A stretch of 64,000 nucleotides of DNA. It comes from Mobula hypostoma (lineage: Eukaryota). The stretch covers positions 89,654,001 through 89,718,000 of the forward strand of contig NC_086108.1 in the NCBI RefSeq assembly GCF_963921235.1. The letters run 5' to 3'. Positions 12,064 through 25,779 of the stretch are shown in pieces. The stretch's first letter is position 1. Every line of letters begins with the position of its first letter. Position numbers and translations under genes: made by a program. The notes under the pieces were generated by a model that worked only from the letters and a program-made list of their open reading frames with translations, ran no database searches and was not told the origin of the DNA.

Positions 12064-13664
12064 ACTCTTCTCCCTGCTTAAATATAAATTCCAACTCAAT
12101 ATAGAATACATCTCAACTATATGCACAATATATGATATAATACAACTACTATGCAGATGTCCACAGCATAGCAAATTTTAGATTGTCCCAATCAGGCCTT
12201 AAGATTTAATCACTAGAGGATTTCTTACTCTTGTTGGGATAATGCCTTTCCCTACAAGGGAGGTCACTCTGTTTGGCACATCAGAATTGTGGCTGTGAAA
12301 GCAACCTCAGCTTCTGGGGTCTTCTCTGTGGTGGTTGTAGGAGCTGACTCGGAGACTGCAGAAAGTTGTTCTGATAGCTCTGGACACCTTTCTTCTCTAT
12401 CCTTTTTTTTCCTTCTAGTATTTGCATCTTGATCTTGGAAGGTGCATTTAGTACACTGGAGTATTCTCTCATTAATCTTTCTATTACTTCCTTTATGATC
12501 TGATCTCTTCTGGTTTCCTCATCTGGAGCATCATCTGATGAATCCTCTGTTTTCATATTTCCATTGAATATTTCTGTTTGGCTTTCCATTCATTCAGCTG
12601 GGCTTTAGTCTTTACAACTACTTTTCCAAGCAGCTCTTTGTCTCCCGTGTGAAGTTCATGTAATAACCTTAATGCACACAGAAAAGAGCCTGGTTCTTTT
12701 TACTCACAATAGCTGAATGTTTGCAAATTTCCTGAAGCTCCTTGAGCTCACTTCCACCTTAAAACCAAACCACGTTTTGCAGGTAACTGCCTGATTAACA
12801 AATCAGAAGTGATCTCAGATATGTTGCCTACAAATTGGACCACTGCTTTTGTCACTTTCATGCTTCCTCTAATCAGCATGGTCCTTCCTTGGTCCAATAA
12901 ACTTTCCAACTAGAGGGACAGAGATTGGCACCAACACTTGTTTGCCCTCTGTTGGGCAAAGGTTCATTGTATACGGCATGGAGACAGCTGTGGCATCATC
13001 CCGTGCCCTTTTAGATTCACTTTCTGTTGACTCTCTTACAGGGATGTGGTATGTAAATGTTGGATGGATCTCCAATCAAGTTGTAGTTGTCTCAGTCAAT
13101 CATGCTCCCACAATATAGGCCCTCCTGTATTCACCACATACAAGTCAAGAAGCTTGTTGTTTATTGTATTTCACTGTTACAAATGTCATTCCCACTTAAG
13201 TTATCTCTTCTCCAGTATATGTTCTTAGATTGAGATCTGCAGTTCAGCATCTTTGAAATGCCATTCAAATTCATTTTGTGGAATGACTGAAATAGCCGAG
13301 CCAGTGTCCTATTCTATTCTAATTAATTTGCCACTCACTTCTGGTGTAAGCCATATTGCTTGTCTCTTGTTGGTTTTCACATGATAAATCTCAAGACTAC
13401 TGAGTCCTGTGTCACTCTCATCATTCTCAGATTTTTCACCAAAAGCATACAACACGACTTTTAAGCTTTTTCTCTTTCCTCTGAAGTCCATTTGTTTTTG
13501 CTCTTTGCATGTGTCCTATTTTGTTGCATTTTCTGCAAGTTTCACCTTCAAATCTGCACTTGTCTGGTTTACTAGAGCCCCTGCCACAACACAGTTTCTT
13601 TCAGCCAGGCAGGCTTCTATTTAGACATTGCAATTTTGTTCATGCTTACTTCCATTCCTGACTG

Positions 13665-14518
13665 TGTTACGAGAATACACATAAAATTAAGATGTTTGCT
13701 GGCCTGGGCTAGCTTCAGTGGCATCAGCAGTTGGTCTGCCACCTGCCCTCAGGGGAAGGAGAGATAAGGAACAATGGAGCAGCGTCTGGAGATGTGTAAT
13801 GAAGGGATGCGGGAGAGAGAGCTGTCTGGAGCGGCTCCCCCCCTTTGAACCCTGAACTGTTTGAAGTGATGGACAGGCGATACCCCAGCAGGGGGATAAA
13901 AAGGGACAGGTTCGCTAAGACGGACACACACGCCACCCGAGGTAACGAGACCCTGGAAGCGGTGCGCCTCTCACGAGTGGGTGAGAAGTGCCAGACAACG
14001 ACAAGGGTGGAAAGGTACGATCAGCGGGAACCCGGTGTGTGTCCGCCCTTGCCTGGGTGCCGGGTTCACTGCAGAGGATCGACCGCATCTGGAGGAGGGG
14101 TCACAGTCGGTGACCTCAGGTGACATCACCAAGGACCCGCCCAAAAGCTGTTTGTGAGCCATCTCGCTGGTCTGTGAGTGAAGCCATTCTGAATGATCAG
14201 TTGTTCCTATTCTATCTCTCTCTTCCCCCACGTTGTCCATCGCCATGGCAACGATTACTGCGAACTGAACTGGACTGAACTTTGAGTCATTTTGAAATTT
14301 GGTCATTTACCCCTAGACAACGATAGAGCTTGATTGATGCTGTTATCTTAATTCTGTGCACATGTGTGGTTATCATTGTTGAACTGTTGCATTTATTATC
14401 CTTTCGATTACTGTGTTGCTCGTTTCTTTAATAAAACTTTCTTAGTTCTAGTACTCCAGACTCCAACTGAGTGATCCATTTCTGCTGGTTTGGCAACCCA
14501 GTTACGGGGTACGTAACA
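13665..14518 (+). mobile_element. Solo LTR (854 bp) of a different LTR element, nested in the Mag-like element
   Basis: Perfect 7-bp terminal inverted repeats TGTTACG/CGTAACA. 4-bp TSD ACTG at 13661-13664 and 14519-14522. TATA-like GATAAAAA at 13895-13902 and AATAAA at 14430-14435. Confidence 0.9.
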
Positions 14519-15271
14519 ACTGCAACACAATTGTCTGTTGTTTCCATTGATATAACCTTTTCAACTGCTCTTTTAAATGTAGGTTGTGCTTCAGTTAGGA
14601 ATGGTTTTTGGATGTTTTCTTGTAAGATTCTACAAACTAAACAATATCTGAGCATATCATTAAGCCCATTACCAAAGTGACAATGCTCAGATAATTTCTT
14701 CAGTTCAGCCACATGCTCTAAAATGGACTCCCTTTCCTTTTGATACCACTTATGAAACCTAATATGTTCTGCAATCAACAATGGTTTTGGTTCTAATTGT
14801 TCCTGCGTTAATTCATGGTATCAGCAAAGCTCATGTTGGCAGGTTTGGTTGGAGCAGTCAAACTCCTAAGCAAACCATATACTTTAAACTCAATACATTC
14901 AGCAAAGCTGGCACTTGCTTCCGTTTTCTTCAAAGTACTGCTCAATTTGTTCAATATACACATTCCAGTTATCTTTTGTACAATCAAGTGTGTCTATCTT
15001 TCTAATGTACCCAGCCATTTTTGATCTTTTCTTAGGATTATTATTGCCTGGTACTCACTGTTTACAAACACATGAATTCTTCCATTTTCTGCCTTTTTTT
15101 AACTCAATCTTTCCCTTTCTGGAGGAAAAATGCTGCTCTGAAGAAAAAAAAAAGCACTGTGCTTTTTTTTTAACTCAACAGTTTCTCGCAGCTTTTTAAT
15201 TTAAAACATCTCGCTGTACCTCAAAAGGTAAGTAGTCATCTCTGGTTCGTTTAAAATTTCCTCGCCACCAC

Positions 15272-15514
15272 TGTTATGTCTTGTAACTCCAAAACATAAA
15301 AACTAATGAAAAGAAAATCACAGATGGGAGATAACTCGTGTATGTTTAGGTTTTATTTTAAGTGAGGTGCACACTTATTATGTGGTAGCATCATGACGTG
15401 CAATTCCTGCATTTATACATATAAATAATAATGCATTATTTAAACAAGCAAGAATGATAATCAAACATTATATTTACAATATTCCTCAAGTCCTACTGAA
15501 ATATTAAGTACACA
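15272..15514 (-). repeat. 5' LTR of the Mag-like element
   Basis: tgttatgtcttgtaactccaaaac...tattaagtacaca, adjacent to the PBS. Confidence 0.85.
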
Positions 15515-16314
15515 TCTTTGCTGATTTTCATTAGATTTTACCAATTATTTTCTTGCTCATATCTGAGCAAAAGATGTGTAGTATGTGTATGAAATAGAAT
15601 ATGAAGTTTCTAAATGTATGCCTTTAGGGGCCAAAGAATGTATTTTATTCATATTTTGAGATTTAGGCAAAATCAGCATTTATTAGCCATACCTAAATGC
15701 ACTGCACAGTATTGAGAATTGCTGCAAGGCTAGCAAAATTTCATGCCTGATATTTTGTAGTCATTATTACTTACAATTGATGTTTTTATTTTAATTTAAG
15801 ATTATTAACTGAATTTATATACCTCAGCTGGGATTTGAACTAATTTCTCGGCACTGTTATTCAGAAGCTCGAGGTTACTAGTAATTTAGTTATCATGTCG
15901 CCACTGTATCTTGTGACAATTTAAATGACTAAAACTTATTGTTATGCAGAGAGTTACTTAATATTTTGAAGCAGTAAACGTGGAGCTGAAATTTGTGGTG
16001 CAGAATACAAAAGCTGAAGAAAAATGAATATAATTTAATTTTTTAAATGACCAGCAGTGCACACACAACACTTGGAAATCAATTGCTACTGTGAAATATG
16101 AAGCAATTCAGCATTCCTTAGCTGTGTTATGATCTACTTAATTGATCACATATGGTTTATTTGAACTTTTTCCACATATTAAATATTTAATTTGTGATGT
16201 TCATCTTTAAAGGATATTTTGAGAATGAGTACAAAATTAGATAAACTCATACTACAATTGAACAGCAAACTACAGATTAACTAAACAATTTTATATTGAA
16301 TTTTAAATTCTAAA

Positions 16315-19300
16315 GGGCGTGGGTGACCAACCAGAAGTCCTGGTACCTATTGACAGCAAGACATGGGTAGAAAAGGCAAGGAGGTTCTGAAGAGAGAATT
16401 TAGAGAGCTAGGTAGAAAGCTGAAAAGCAGGACCTCCAGGGTAGCAATCTCTGGATTGCTGCCTGTGCCACACGCCAGTGCGGCAACAATAAGATGATTT
16501 GGCAGATGAATGTGTGGCTGGAAAACTGTGTAGGGAGCAGGGTTTCAGATTTCTGGATCATTGGGGAAGGCATGACATGTATAAAAGGGACAGGGTACAC
16601 TTGAACCTGAGGGGGACCAATATCCTGGGGTTAGGTTCGCTAGGGGCTGTTGGGAAGGGTATAAACTCATTCAGCAGGGGGAAGGGAACCAGAGCGATGC
16701 AGCTGTGGATAGGGCTGCTGTTTTACAAGCAGAGACTGTGGGTAGTGAGACTGCTGGGAGCTTAACATCCAAGGAAACACTTTGTATCGAAATGACCGGC
16801 AGGGAGGCAGAGGGCTTGGTGTGGTTCTGTTGGTAAAAGTGAAATCAAATCCTTAGAAAGTGAGGACAAATGATTGGAAGACGAAGAATCCTTGTAGCTA
16901 GAGTTAAGAAGCTAGAGGTAAAAAATCCCTAATGGGAGTTATATATAGGCCTCAGAACAGTAACCAGGATGTGCGCTACAAATTACAACAGGAGATAGAA
17001 AAGGCATATCAAAACAGCAATGTTACGATAGACATAGGGGATTTCAATACTCAGGTAGATTTGGAAAATTGGGGTGGTGCTGGACCCCAAGAGAGTAAAT
17101 TTGTAGAATGTCCATTAGATTGCTTTTTAGAGGAACTTGCGGTTGAGCCTACTCAGCTATTCTGGATTGGGGGTTGTATAATAAGCTGGATTTGATTAGG
17201 GAGCTTAAGTTAAAGAAACCCTAAGGAGACAGTGATCATAATATAATAGAATTCACCCTGCAATTTGAGAGAGAGAAGCTAAAGTCAGATGTATCAGTAT
17301 TACCGTGCAATAAATGGAATTACAAAGGCGTGAAAAAAGGAGCTGGTGACTGTTGACTGGAAGAGGATATTAGTAGGAATGACAGCACAGCAGCAATGGC
17401 TGGAGTTTCTGGGAGAAATTTGGAAGGCGCAGGATAGATACATCCCAAAGTAAAAGTATTCTAAAGGCAGGATGATGTAACTGTGGCTGACAAAGGAAAT
17501 CAAAGCCAACATAAAAGCGAAAGAAATGGCATATAATAAAGCAAAAATTATTGGTAAGTTAGAGGATTTAAAAACCATCAGAAGGCAACTTAAAGTCCAT
17601 GGGGGGTGGGGGGAGTGGGGGAAGGTGACACATGAAGGTAAGCTAGCCAACAATATCAAAGAGAATACCCAAAGTTTTCGTTAGGTATATAAAGAGTAAA
17701 AGGGAGGTGAGAGTAGATATTGGACCACTGGAAAATTACACAAGAGAGGTAGTAAGTGGGACGAGGGAATGGTAGGTGAACTGAAGAAGTATTTTGCATC
17801 AGTCTTTACTGTGGAAGACACTATCAGTATGGTGGAAGTTCCAGGTGTCAGGGGGCATGAAGTGTGTGAAGTTACCATTAGTAGAGAGAAGGTTCTTGGG
17901 AAGTTGAAAGGTCTGAAGCTGGGTAAGTCACCTGGACCAGATGATGTACACCCCAGAGTTCTGGAAGAGGTGGCTGAAGAGATTGTGGAGGCACTGGGAA
18001 TGATCTTTCAAGAATCACTCGATTCTGGAATGGTTTGAGAAGACTGGAAAATTGCAATGTCACTCTACTCTTTAAGAAGTGGGGAAGGGGTGTAGAAGAC
18101 AGGGAATTATACGCCAGTTACCCAGCCTTAGCGGTTGGGAAGAAGTATGTGTCAATTGCTAAGAAGGTAGTTTGGGGTACGTGGAGGCATAAGATGAAAT
18201 TGCCCAAAGTCAGCATTGTTTACTTAAGGGAAAATTTTCCCTGACAAACCTTTTTGAATTCCTTGAGGAAATAACAAGCAGGACAGACAAAGGAGAAATG
18301 GTGGATGTTGTGTCCTTGGATTTTCTGAAGGCCTTCGACAAGGTGCCACACATGAGGCCGCTTAACACGATCAGAGTCGATGGTGTTACAGGAAAGATAC
18401 CAACATGGATAAAGCATTGGCTGATTGGCAGGAGGCAAAGAGTGGGAATAAAGGGAAACTTTATTCTCCCATTGGCTGCTGGTAACTAATGGTGTTCCAC
18501 TGGTCTGTATTGGGACCGCTTCTTTTTGCTTTGTATGTCAATGATTTGAATGATGGAATTGATGGCTTTGTGGCCAAGTTTGCAGATGATATGAAGATTG
18601 GTGGAGGTGCAGGTAGTTTTGAGAAAGCAGGGAAGTTGCAGAAGGACTTTGACAGATCTGGAGAATGGGCAAAATTATGGCAGATGGACTACGACGTCGG
18701 GAAGTGTATACACATGCACTTTGGTGAAGGAGTGATAGTACAGACTATTTTCTAAATTCAAGAATCTCAGGTGCAAATGGGACTTGGGAGTCCTGGTGCA
18801 GAATTTCCTCAATATACATTTTGCAGGTTGAGTCAGTGGTGAGAAAGGCAAACACAATTTTCACATTCTTTTCAAGAATACTAGAATATAAAAGCAAGGA
18901 TGTAATGCTGAGGCTTTTTAAGGCACTGATGATGTCTCATTTGAAATACTGTGAGCAGTTTTGGACCCATTCTTTAAGAAAGAATTTGCTGACATTGGAG
19001 AGGGTTCAGAGGAAGTTCACGAGAATGATTCCAGAAATGAAGGTCTTATATGATGAGTGATTGGTGGTTCTGGGCCTTTACTCACTGGCATTTATAAGAA
19101 TGGGGTGGGGGGGGAAGCTCTTTGAAACTGACCAAATATTGAAAGGCCTAGATAGAGTGGATGTTGAGAGGATGTTTCCAGTAGTGGGAGAGGCTAGGAC
19201 TAGAGGGCACAGCTTCAGAATAAAAGGACATCCCTTCAAATCAGAGATGAGGAGAAATTTCTTTCGCCAGAGTGTGTGTGGTGGATGTCTGGAATTTATT

Positions 19301-19495
19301 GCCTCAGACAGCTGTGGAGACTAAGTCACTGGTTATATTTAAAGTGGAGTTTGATAGAAATTTGATTAGTAAGGATATCAAAAGTTATGGGAGAAAGGCA
19401 GGAGAATGGGGTTGAGAGACAAAATAAATCAACCATAATCAAATAGCACAGTAGACTCAACGACCAAAAGGACCTACTCTTTTCCAAACTCTTAT
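16315..19495 (+). mobile_element. Old CR1 LINE: ORF1 esterase end plus frameshifted ORF2 (APE and RT)
   Basis: GFRFLDHW...VHLNLRGTNIL (ORF1), [40 protein letters not shown]. Many stops. Confidence 0.9.
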
Positions 19496-20719
19496 AGTTT
19501 GCAAATAAGCTAAAACCTATGTTAATTAAATTGAAAATTATAGACCACAACTAAGTTACACTATTTAAATGGTAAATAGAAATTATTCTTTACATATTTC
19601 TGACATTCAGTTACTTTAAACAACAAATGGGTTGTTATGTATATGAAGAGAGATGAAGCACATAAAGCACAGAATTCCAATTACTTTGTTTCCAGTTTGT
19701 CACATTTAAAAGTCTGGGTATTGATTCCCTACACCATACCAGTCAATGATTTTGAGGTGCATTTTACAGCTAACAAAATAAATTTAGTCATGGTGTCATA
19801 CAGCATGGAAACAGGTCCTTCAGTCCAACTCATCCATACCAATGGTGTTGCCTGGCGAGCTTATCCCATTTGCTCATGTTATGGCCCATAGCTCTCTAAA
19901 TCTCTCCTATCCAGGTATTTACTAGTCATAATAAAAAAAAAACTGTTTAATGAGTGGAAAAAAGAGAAATTATATGAACTTCTCCCAATAGAAGCAGAGT
20001 AACTTCTCCTGAGAAAGGATGATTTCACACAATTATCACTCTCATATTTACCTAATATAATTAGCAGAGAAACACTAAGCAATTCCATTGAACCTGAATT
20101 TTCTGGTGTTACTTTATGAAGTCCTTAGGTCTTTTGAAAAAAAAATCTGAAAATTGAGATGCTTTATATTCATTGAGGTGTGGTAGGAACTTCAAAATGA
20201 GTGGGGAGTCAGATATGAGCCTGTTGATAGGAGGGTTGTGATAACTAGATACATTAAACTATTCATTTGACTGTTCAGATCTTCAACACAAAGCGTTGTG
20301 AATTTTGCTGTACTTCACACTGGTTATTTTGTTACAATGCATTGAGTACCTCTGGTTTAGTTTATTTATGGTCTACCTTTTAGTAAATTTTAAAGCATTT
20401 TGTTGGGAAAGTGAAAAGACTGTAATAGCTGTGGCAGATAGAAGGGTTTAATTGAGGACTTGTGATAGAAGTGAACAGGCATTTATGTGAAGAGACATGA
20501 TAAGAATTAGCCAGCGCTGATTTCAGAAGGAACGATTGTGCTTGACAGACCTGATGAATTGTTTGAGGGTGTTCATGATGGGGAAGTTTAAATAGATGTA
20601 ATTTATTTGGACAAGGAAGGGTTACGAAAAGATATTTTGCTGGAGAGCAAGGGATGAACTTGCATCTCCCTAGTCCTCTTTACAAACTCAAAACATCCCA
20701 AAGCACTTTGTATTCTGGA

Positions 20720-21015
20720 GGCAGAGAGAGATACAGCAGAGAAATAGACCCCTTGGCCTACTAAGTACACACTGTTTATTTACTCTCATCCTAGATTTAT
20801 CCCATTCCACCACTCATCCAAACTCTATAGGGGATTTGCAGTAGCCAATTAACCTTTCAATCGACACACCTTTAGGATGTTTAGGATGTGAGAAGAACCT
20901 CGAAAACCCAAAGGAAACGCACACCATCACAGGGAGAACATGCAATCTCCGTGCAAACAGTGGTATTGAACTCTGTTCTCTGGTTCTAAGAGGCAACACT
21001 TCTACTCTGTGGCTT
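20720..21015 (-). mobile_element. Degenerate V-SINE-like element
   Basis: The reverse complement resembles the V-domain (gtttcctttgggttttcgaggttcttctcacatcc) of the copy at 45266-45563. Confidence 0.5.
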
Positions 21016-21764
21016 AGCAGTAAACTGAACACTTCTGCAATATGGGAAGCAGGAAGCAGCTACAATGCATATACACTGCAATGTGATGATAGCTAAACCC
21101 TGATTTCTTGGCGATGTTGGCTGGGGCTATTATTATTAAGCCCTTTTTCTTCATTTGGTATGCAGACATCTCTCTGATAACATAGGGGCCTTCGGTTCAC
21201 ATCAATATAGTCCTTCAGGATTAGATTGAATGTATAAAGAGAGATTTATTAGGAAACCAAGAGTAAATAGAACAAACTTTCACTAAATAAAATTAATGTT
21301 GACGAAGGCAAGAGGCTTATAGGCACCTTATTTAATGCTGAAAATCTTTCCACTTGATTATTTTTTTCCACAGGGCTCTTGCCCTTTTAAGTCAAATTGC
21401 TGCCTGAATTGAAAATCAGGAAGCTATGACATTTTGTGTCAGGGCTGATTAGTACTTGTCCTATGCAATCTGACCAGTTATGTTCATAAAACAGCCAAAA
21501 GAAGGAACAAGTTAGGACTGATGTTATTTTTGTGGTTCCCAGAGGAGCAGATGAATTCTCATTTGAATTCACCCAGCTCCAGTACTTAACAGGCAACTGT
21601 TCTACCACTTGATATTGATGCCTAAAATCAATGAGCCATATGGGAAAGCATGTTGTGAAATATGCAGCTAAATTATTCCATTGAAATGGGCTCCAGACCC
21701 AATCTGCTCAGGACTTACTCAGCATTTGAAATTGATTCAAGTGTGATTGGAATTATAATTTCTA

Positions 21765-22326
21765 GTGGGACCGGAGAAAATCACATGGAAGGCATTTAAG
21801 GAAGTTGTTGAAAATTTTCTCAGCATCTACAGAGCACCAAACTACATGCAGCTGGTTGAAAGCATGCTTCAAGCATATGAAACCATGAAATGCAACATGT
21901 CACTAAAGATTCATTTTCTGCATTCCCATTTAGACTTCTTCCCTGCAAATCTTGGTGCTGTTAGTGACGAGCATGGTGAAAGGTTTCACCAGGACATTGC
22001 GATCATGGAGAAAAGATACCAGGGCAACTGGAATCCATCAATGCTGGTGAATTATTGTTGGACACTTAAGCAAGAAGCCTCAGACACTGAGTACAAATGA
22101 AAATCATTAACAAAATATTTTTAACTTAGTTGAACTATTGCAAAGCATCAGCATCATTATGCAATTAAACACATTATATTCAATAAAAGTTAATTTGTTG
22201 TTTCTCCAAATTCCTAACGTGATACAAGTACTCTGAAATTATATTCGTGTTCATCTTCAAGCAGTCTATCATAAACAAAAAATATTCTGAGGAAGCAACA
22301 CTTTTGAAAAAATTTGTAATCCAGTG
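21765..22326 (+). mobile_element. 3' part of a Chapaev3-type (CMC) DNA transposon
   Basis: 111-aa ORF with KIHFLHSHLDFFPANLGAVSDEHGERFHQDIAIMEKRYQG. Terminus ...ccaGTG followed by TTA fits CAC/GTG ends with a TWA target. Confidence 0.7.
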
Positions 22327-22575
22327 TTATTTACCAGTATAAAATATAAACTCACATAATGCAAGTAAGGAGACATAACCTACAAGGCTATAAACCAAGA
22401 ACTAAGCAAAGAGAATTGATCTAAAATACCGTTTTTTATAGCACATATAGACATGATGGGTCAAACTATCTCCTTTTCCTGCCATAAATTTGCATGATTT
22501 TGTAATTGGATATTTATATGAATGTTCTACTGATCCAGCTAAAGGTTAATTTTCCTGTAAACAGTTTAGCAGAGG

Positions 22576-25500
22576 GTTAGGGAGGGTTTAAACCAATTTG
22601 GCAGGGGGATGGGAACCGGAATGATAGAGCGGAGGAAGGGGAAAACAGAAATAAATCTAAGATAGTGAGCCGTAAAGATGTCAGGAAAGACAGGCAGGTG
22701 ATGGGGCGAATTTGTAGCCATTGGGATGGGTTGAAGTGCAATAAAGTTGCAGTGAAATCAAAGCGAAAAGTACCAAATACTGGTCTTAAAGTGTTATACT
22801 TAAATGCACACAGCATAAGGAATAAGGTGGATGATCTTGTCGTACAGCTACAGATTGGCAGGTATGATATTGTGGCCATCACTGAGACATGGCTGAAAGA
22901 TGCATGTCTCTGGGAGCTGAACGTCCAAGGATACACGGTGTATCGGAAGGATAGGAAGGTAGGCAGAGGGGGAGGCGTGGGTTTATTGGTAAGAAATGAT
23001 ATTAAATCATTACAAAGAGGTGATATAGGATGGGAAGGTGCAGAATCTTAATGGGTTGAGCTAAGAAATCGCAGGGGTAAAAGGACCCTGATGGCAGTTA
23101 TTTATAGGCCTCCAAACAGCTGCAGGGATGTGGACTACAAATTACAACAGGAAATAGAAAAGGCTTGTCAGCAGGCCAGTGTTATGATAATTGTGGGAGA
23201 TTTTAACATGCGAGTGGATTGGGGAAAATCAGGTCAGCACTGGATCTCAAGAGAGAGAATTTGTAGAATGTCTGCGAGATGGCTTTTTAGAACAGCTTGT
23301 TGTTGAGCCCACTAGGGGATCGGCTGTACTGGATTGGGTATTGTGTAATGAACCGGAGGTGATTAGAGTAATTGAGGTGAAGGAACCCTTAGGAGACAGT
23401 GATCATAACATGATTGAGTTCACTGTGAAATTTGAAAAAGAGAAAGCTGAAATCTGATGTGTTGGTATTTCAGTGGAGTAAAGGAAATTATAGTGGCATG
23501 AGCGAGGAACTGGCCAAAGTTGACTGGAAAGAGACACTGGTGGGAAGGATGGCAGAGCAACAGTGGCTGGAGTTTATGCGAGAAGTGAGGAAGGTGCAAG
23601 ACAGGTATATTCCAAAAAAGAAGAAATTTTCAAAGGGAAAAAGGATGCAGCCGTGGCTGACAAGAGAAGTCAAAGCCAAAGTTAAAGCAAAGGAGAGGGC
23701 ATACAAGGAAGCAAAAATTAGTGGGAAGACAGAGGATTGGGAAGTTTTTAAAAGCTTACAAAAGGAAACTAAGAAGGTTATTAAGAGGGAAAAGATTAAC
23801 TGAAAGGAAGCTAGCAAATAATATCAAAGTGGTTACTAAAAGCTTTTTCAAGTATATAAAGAGTAAAAGACAGGTGAGAGTAGATATAGGACCGATAGAA
23901 AATGATGCTGGAGAAATTGTGATGGGAGATAAGGAGATGGCGGAGGAACTGAACGAATATTTTGCATCAGTCTTCACTGAGGAAGACATCAGCAGTATAC
24001 CAGACACTCAAGGGCCAGATGGAATGCACCCTTGTGTTCTGAAGGAAGATGCTGTGGAGATTGCGGAGGCATTAGCGATGATCTTTTAAAAGTTGATAGA
24101 TTCTAGCATGGTTCCGAAGGACTGGAAGATTGCAAATGTCACTCCGCTATTTAAGAAGGGGGCAGGGAAGCAAAAAAGAAATTATAGACCTGTTAGCTTG
24201 ACACCGGAGGTTGGGAAGTTGTTGGAGTCAATTGTCAAGGATGAGGTTACAGAGTACCTGGAGGCATATGACAAGATAGGCAGAACTCAGCATGGATTCC
24301 TAAAAGGAAAATCCTGCCTGACAAACCTATTACAATTTTTTGAGGAAATTACAAGTAGGCTAGACAAGGGGGATGCAGTGGATGTTGTATATTTGGATTA
24401 TCAGAAGGCCTTTGACAAGGTGCCACACATGAGGCTACTTAACAAGATAAGAGCCCATGGAATTATGGGAAAGTTACATACGTGGATAGAGCATTGGCTG
24501 ATTGGCATGAAATAGAGAGTGGGAATAAAGGGATCCTATTCTGGTTGGCTGCCGGTTACCAGTGGTGTTCCACAGGGGTCCGTGTTGGGGCTGCTTCTTT
24601 TACATTGTACATCAACGATTTGGATTATGGAATAGATGGCTTTGTGGCTAAGTTTGCTGACGATACGAAGATAGATGGAGGGGCCGGTAGTGCTGAGGAA
24701 ACGGAGAGTCTGCCGAGAGTTTTGGATAGATTGGAAGAATGGGCAAAGAAGTGGCAAATGAAGTACAATGTTGGAAAGGGTATGGTTATGCACTTTGGCA
24801 GAAGAAATAAATGGGCAGACTATTATTTAAATGGGGAGAGAATTCAAAGTTCTGAGATGCAACTGGACTTGGGAGTTCTTGTACAGGATACCCTTAAGGT
24901 TAACCTCCAGGTTGAGTCAGTGGTGAAGAAGGCGAATGCATTGTTGGCATTCATTTCTAGAGGAATAGAGTATAGGAACAGGGATGTGATGTCGAGGCTC
25001 TATAAGGCGCTGGTGAGACCTCACTTGGAGTACTGTGGACAGTTTTGGTCTCCTTATTTAAGAAAGGATGTGCTGACGTTGGAGAGGGTACAGAAAAGAT
25101 TCACTAGAATGATTCCAGGAATGAGAGGGTTAACATATGAGGAACGTTTGTCCGCTCTTGGACTGTATTCCTCGGAGTTTAGAAGAATGAGGGGAGACCT
25201 CCTAGAAACATTTCGAATGTTGACAGGCATGGACAGAGTGGATGTGGCAAAGTTGTTTCCCATGATGGGGGAGTCTAGTACGAGAGGGCCTGACTTAAGT
25301 ATTGAAGGACGCCCATTCAGAATAGAAATGTGAAGAAATTTTTTTAGCCAGAGGGTGGTGAATCCATGGAATTTGTTGCCACAGGCGGCAGTGGAGGCCA
25401 AGTCATTGGGTGTATTTAAGGCAGAGATTGATAGGTATCTGAATAGCCAGGGCATCAAAGGTTATGGTGAGAAGGCGGGGAAGTGGGACTAAATGGGAGA

Positions 25501-25591
25501 ATGGATCAGCTCATGATAAAATGACAGAGTAGACTCGATGGGCCGAATGGAGGACTTCTGCTCCTTTGTCTTATGGTCTGTCTTATGGTCT
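22576..25591 (+). mobile_element. CR1 LINE with near-complete but disrupted ORF2
   Basis: [35 protein letters not shown]. (TCTTATGG)n-type tail. Possible TSD AGAGG. Internal deletion near 24012. Confidence 0.92.
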
Positions 25592-25779
25592 AGAGGAATG
25601 CTTATTAGCACTGTGAAACCTAACTCCATGTACTAATAATTGCAGACAAGCTGTCTCAACGGTCCGTTACTCTTATCGTTGGAGTCAAATTTACCTACAG
25701 TCCATTATCAAAGAACTTATTTGAGTAACTGTCAATTTGTGTGCTGTTAGGATCAGATGTTTTCCAGTAAATCCTCCTT

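Larger units (their letters stand above)
11816..15514 (-). mobile_element. Internally deleted Gypsy (Mag-like) LTR retrotransposon with both LTRs
   Basis: TG...CA direct repeats at 11816-12063 and 15272-15514. PBS TGGTGGCGAGG (minus, 15260-15270) and PPT AAGCAGGGAGAAGAGT (minus, 12064-12079). 5-bp TSD TCTCT/TCTTT with one mismatch. Gag remnant (IAEHIRFHK...ELKKLSEHC) and protease DTGSAISVI at about 13282-13308. Confidence 0.88.
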
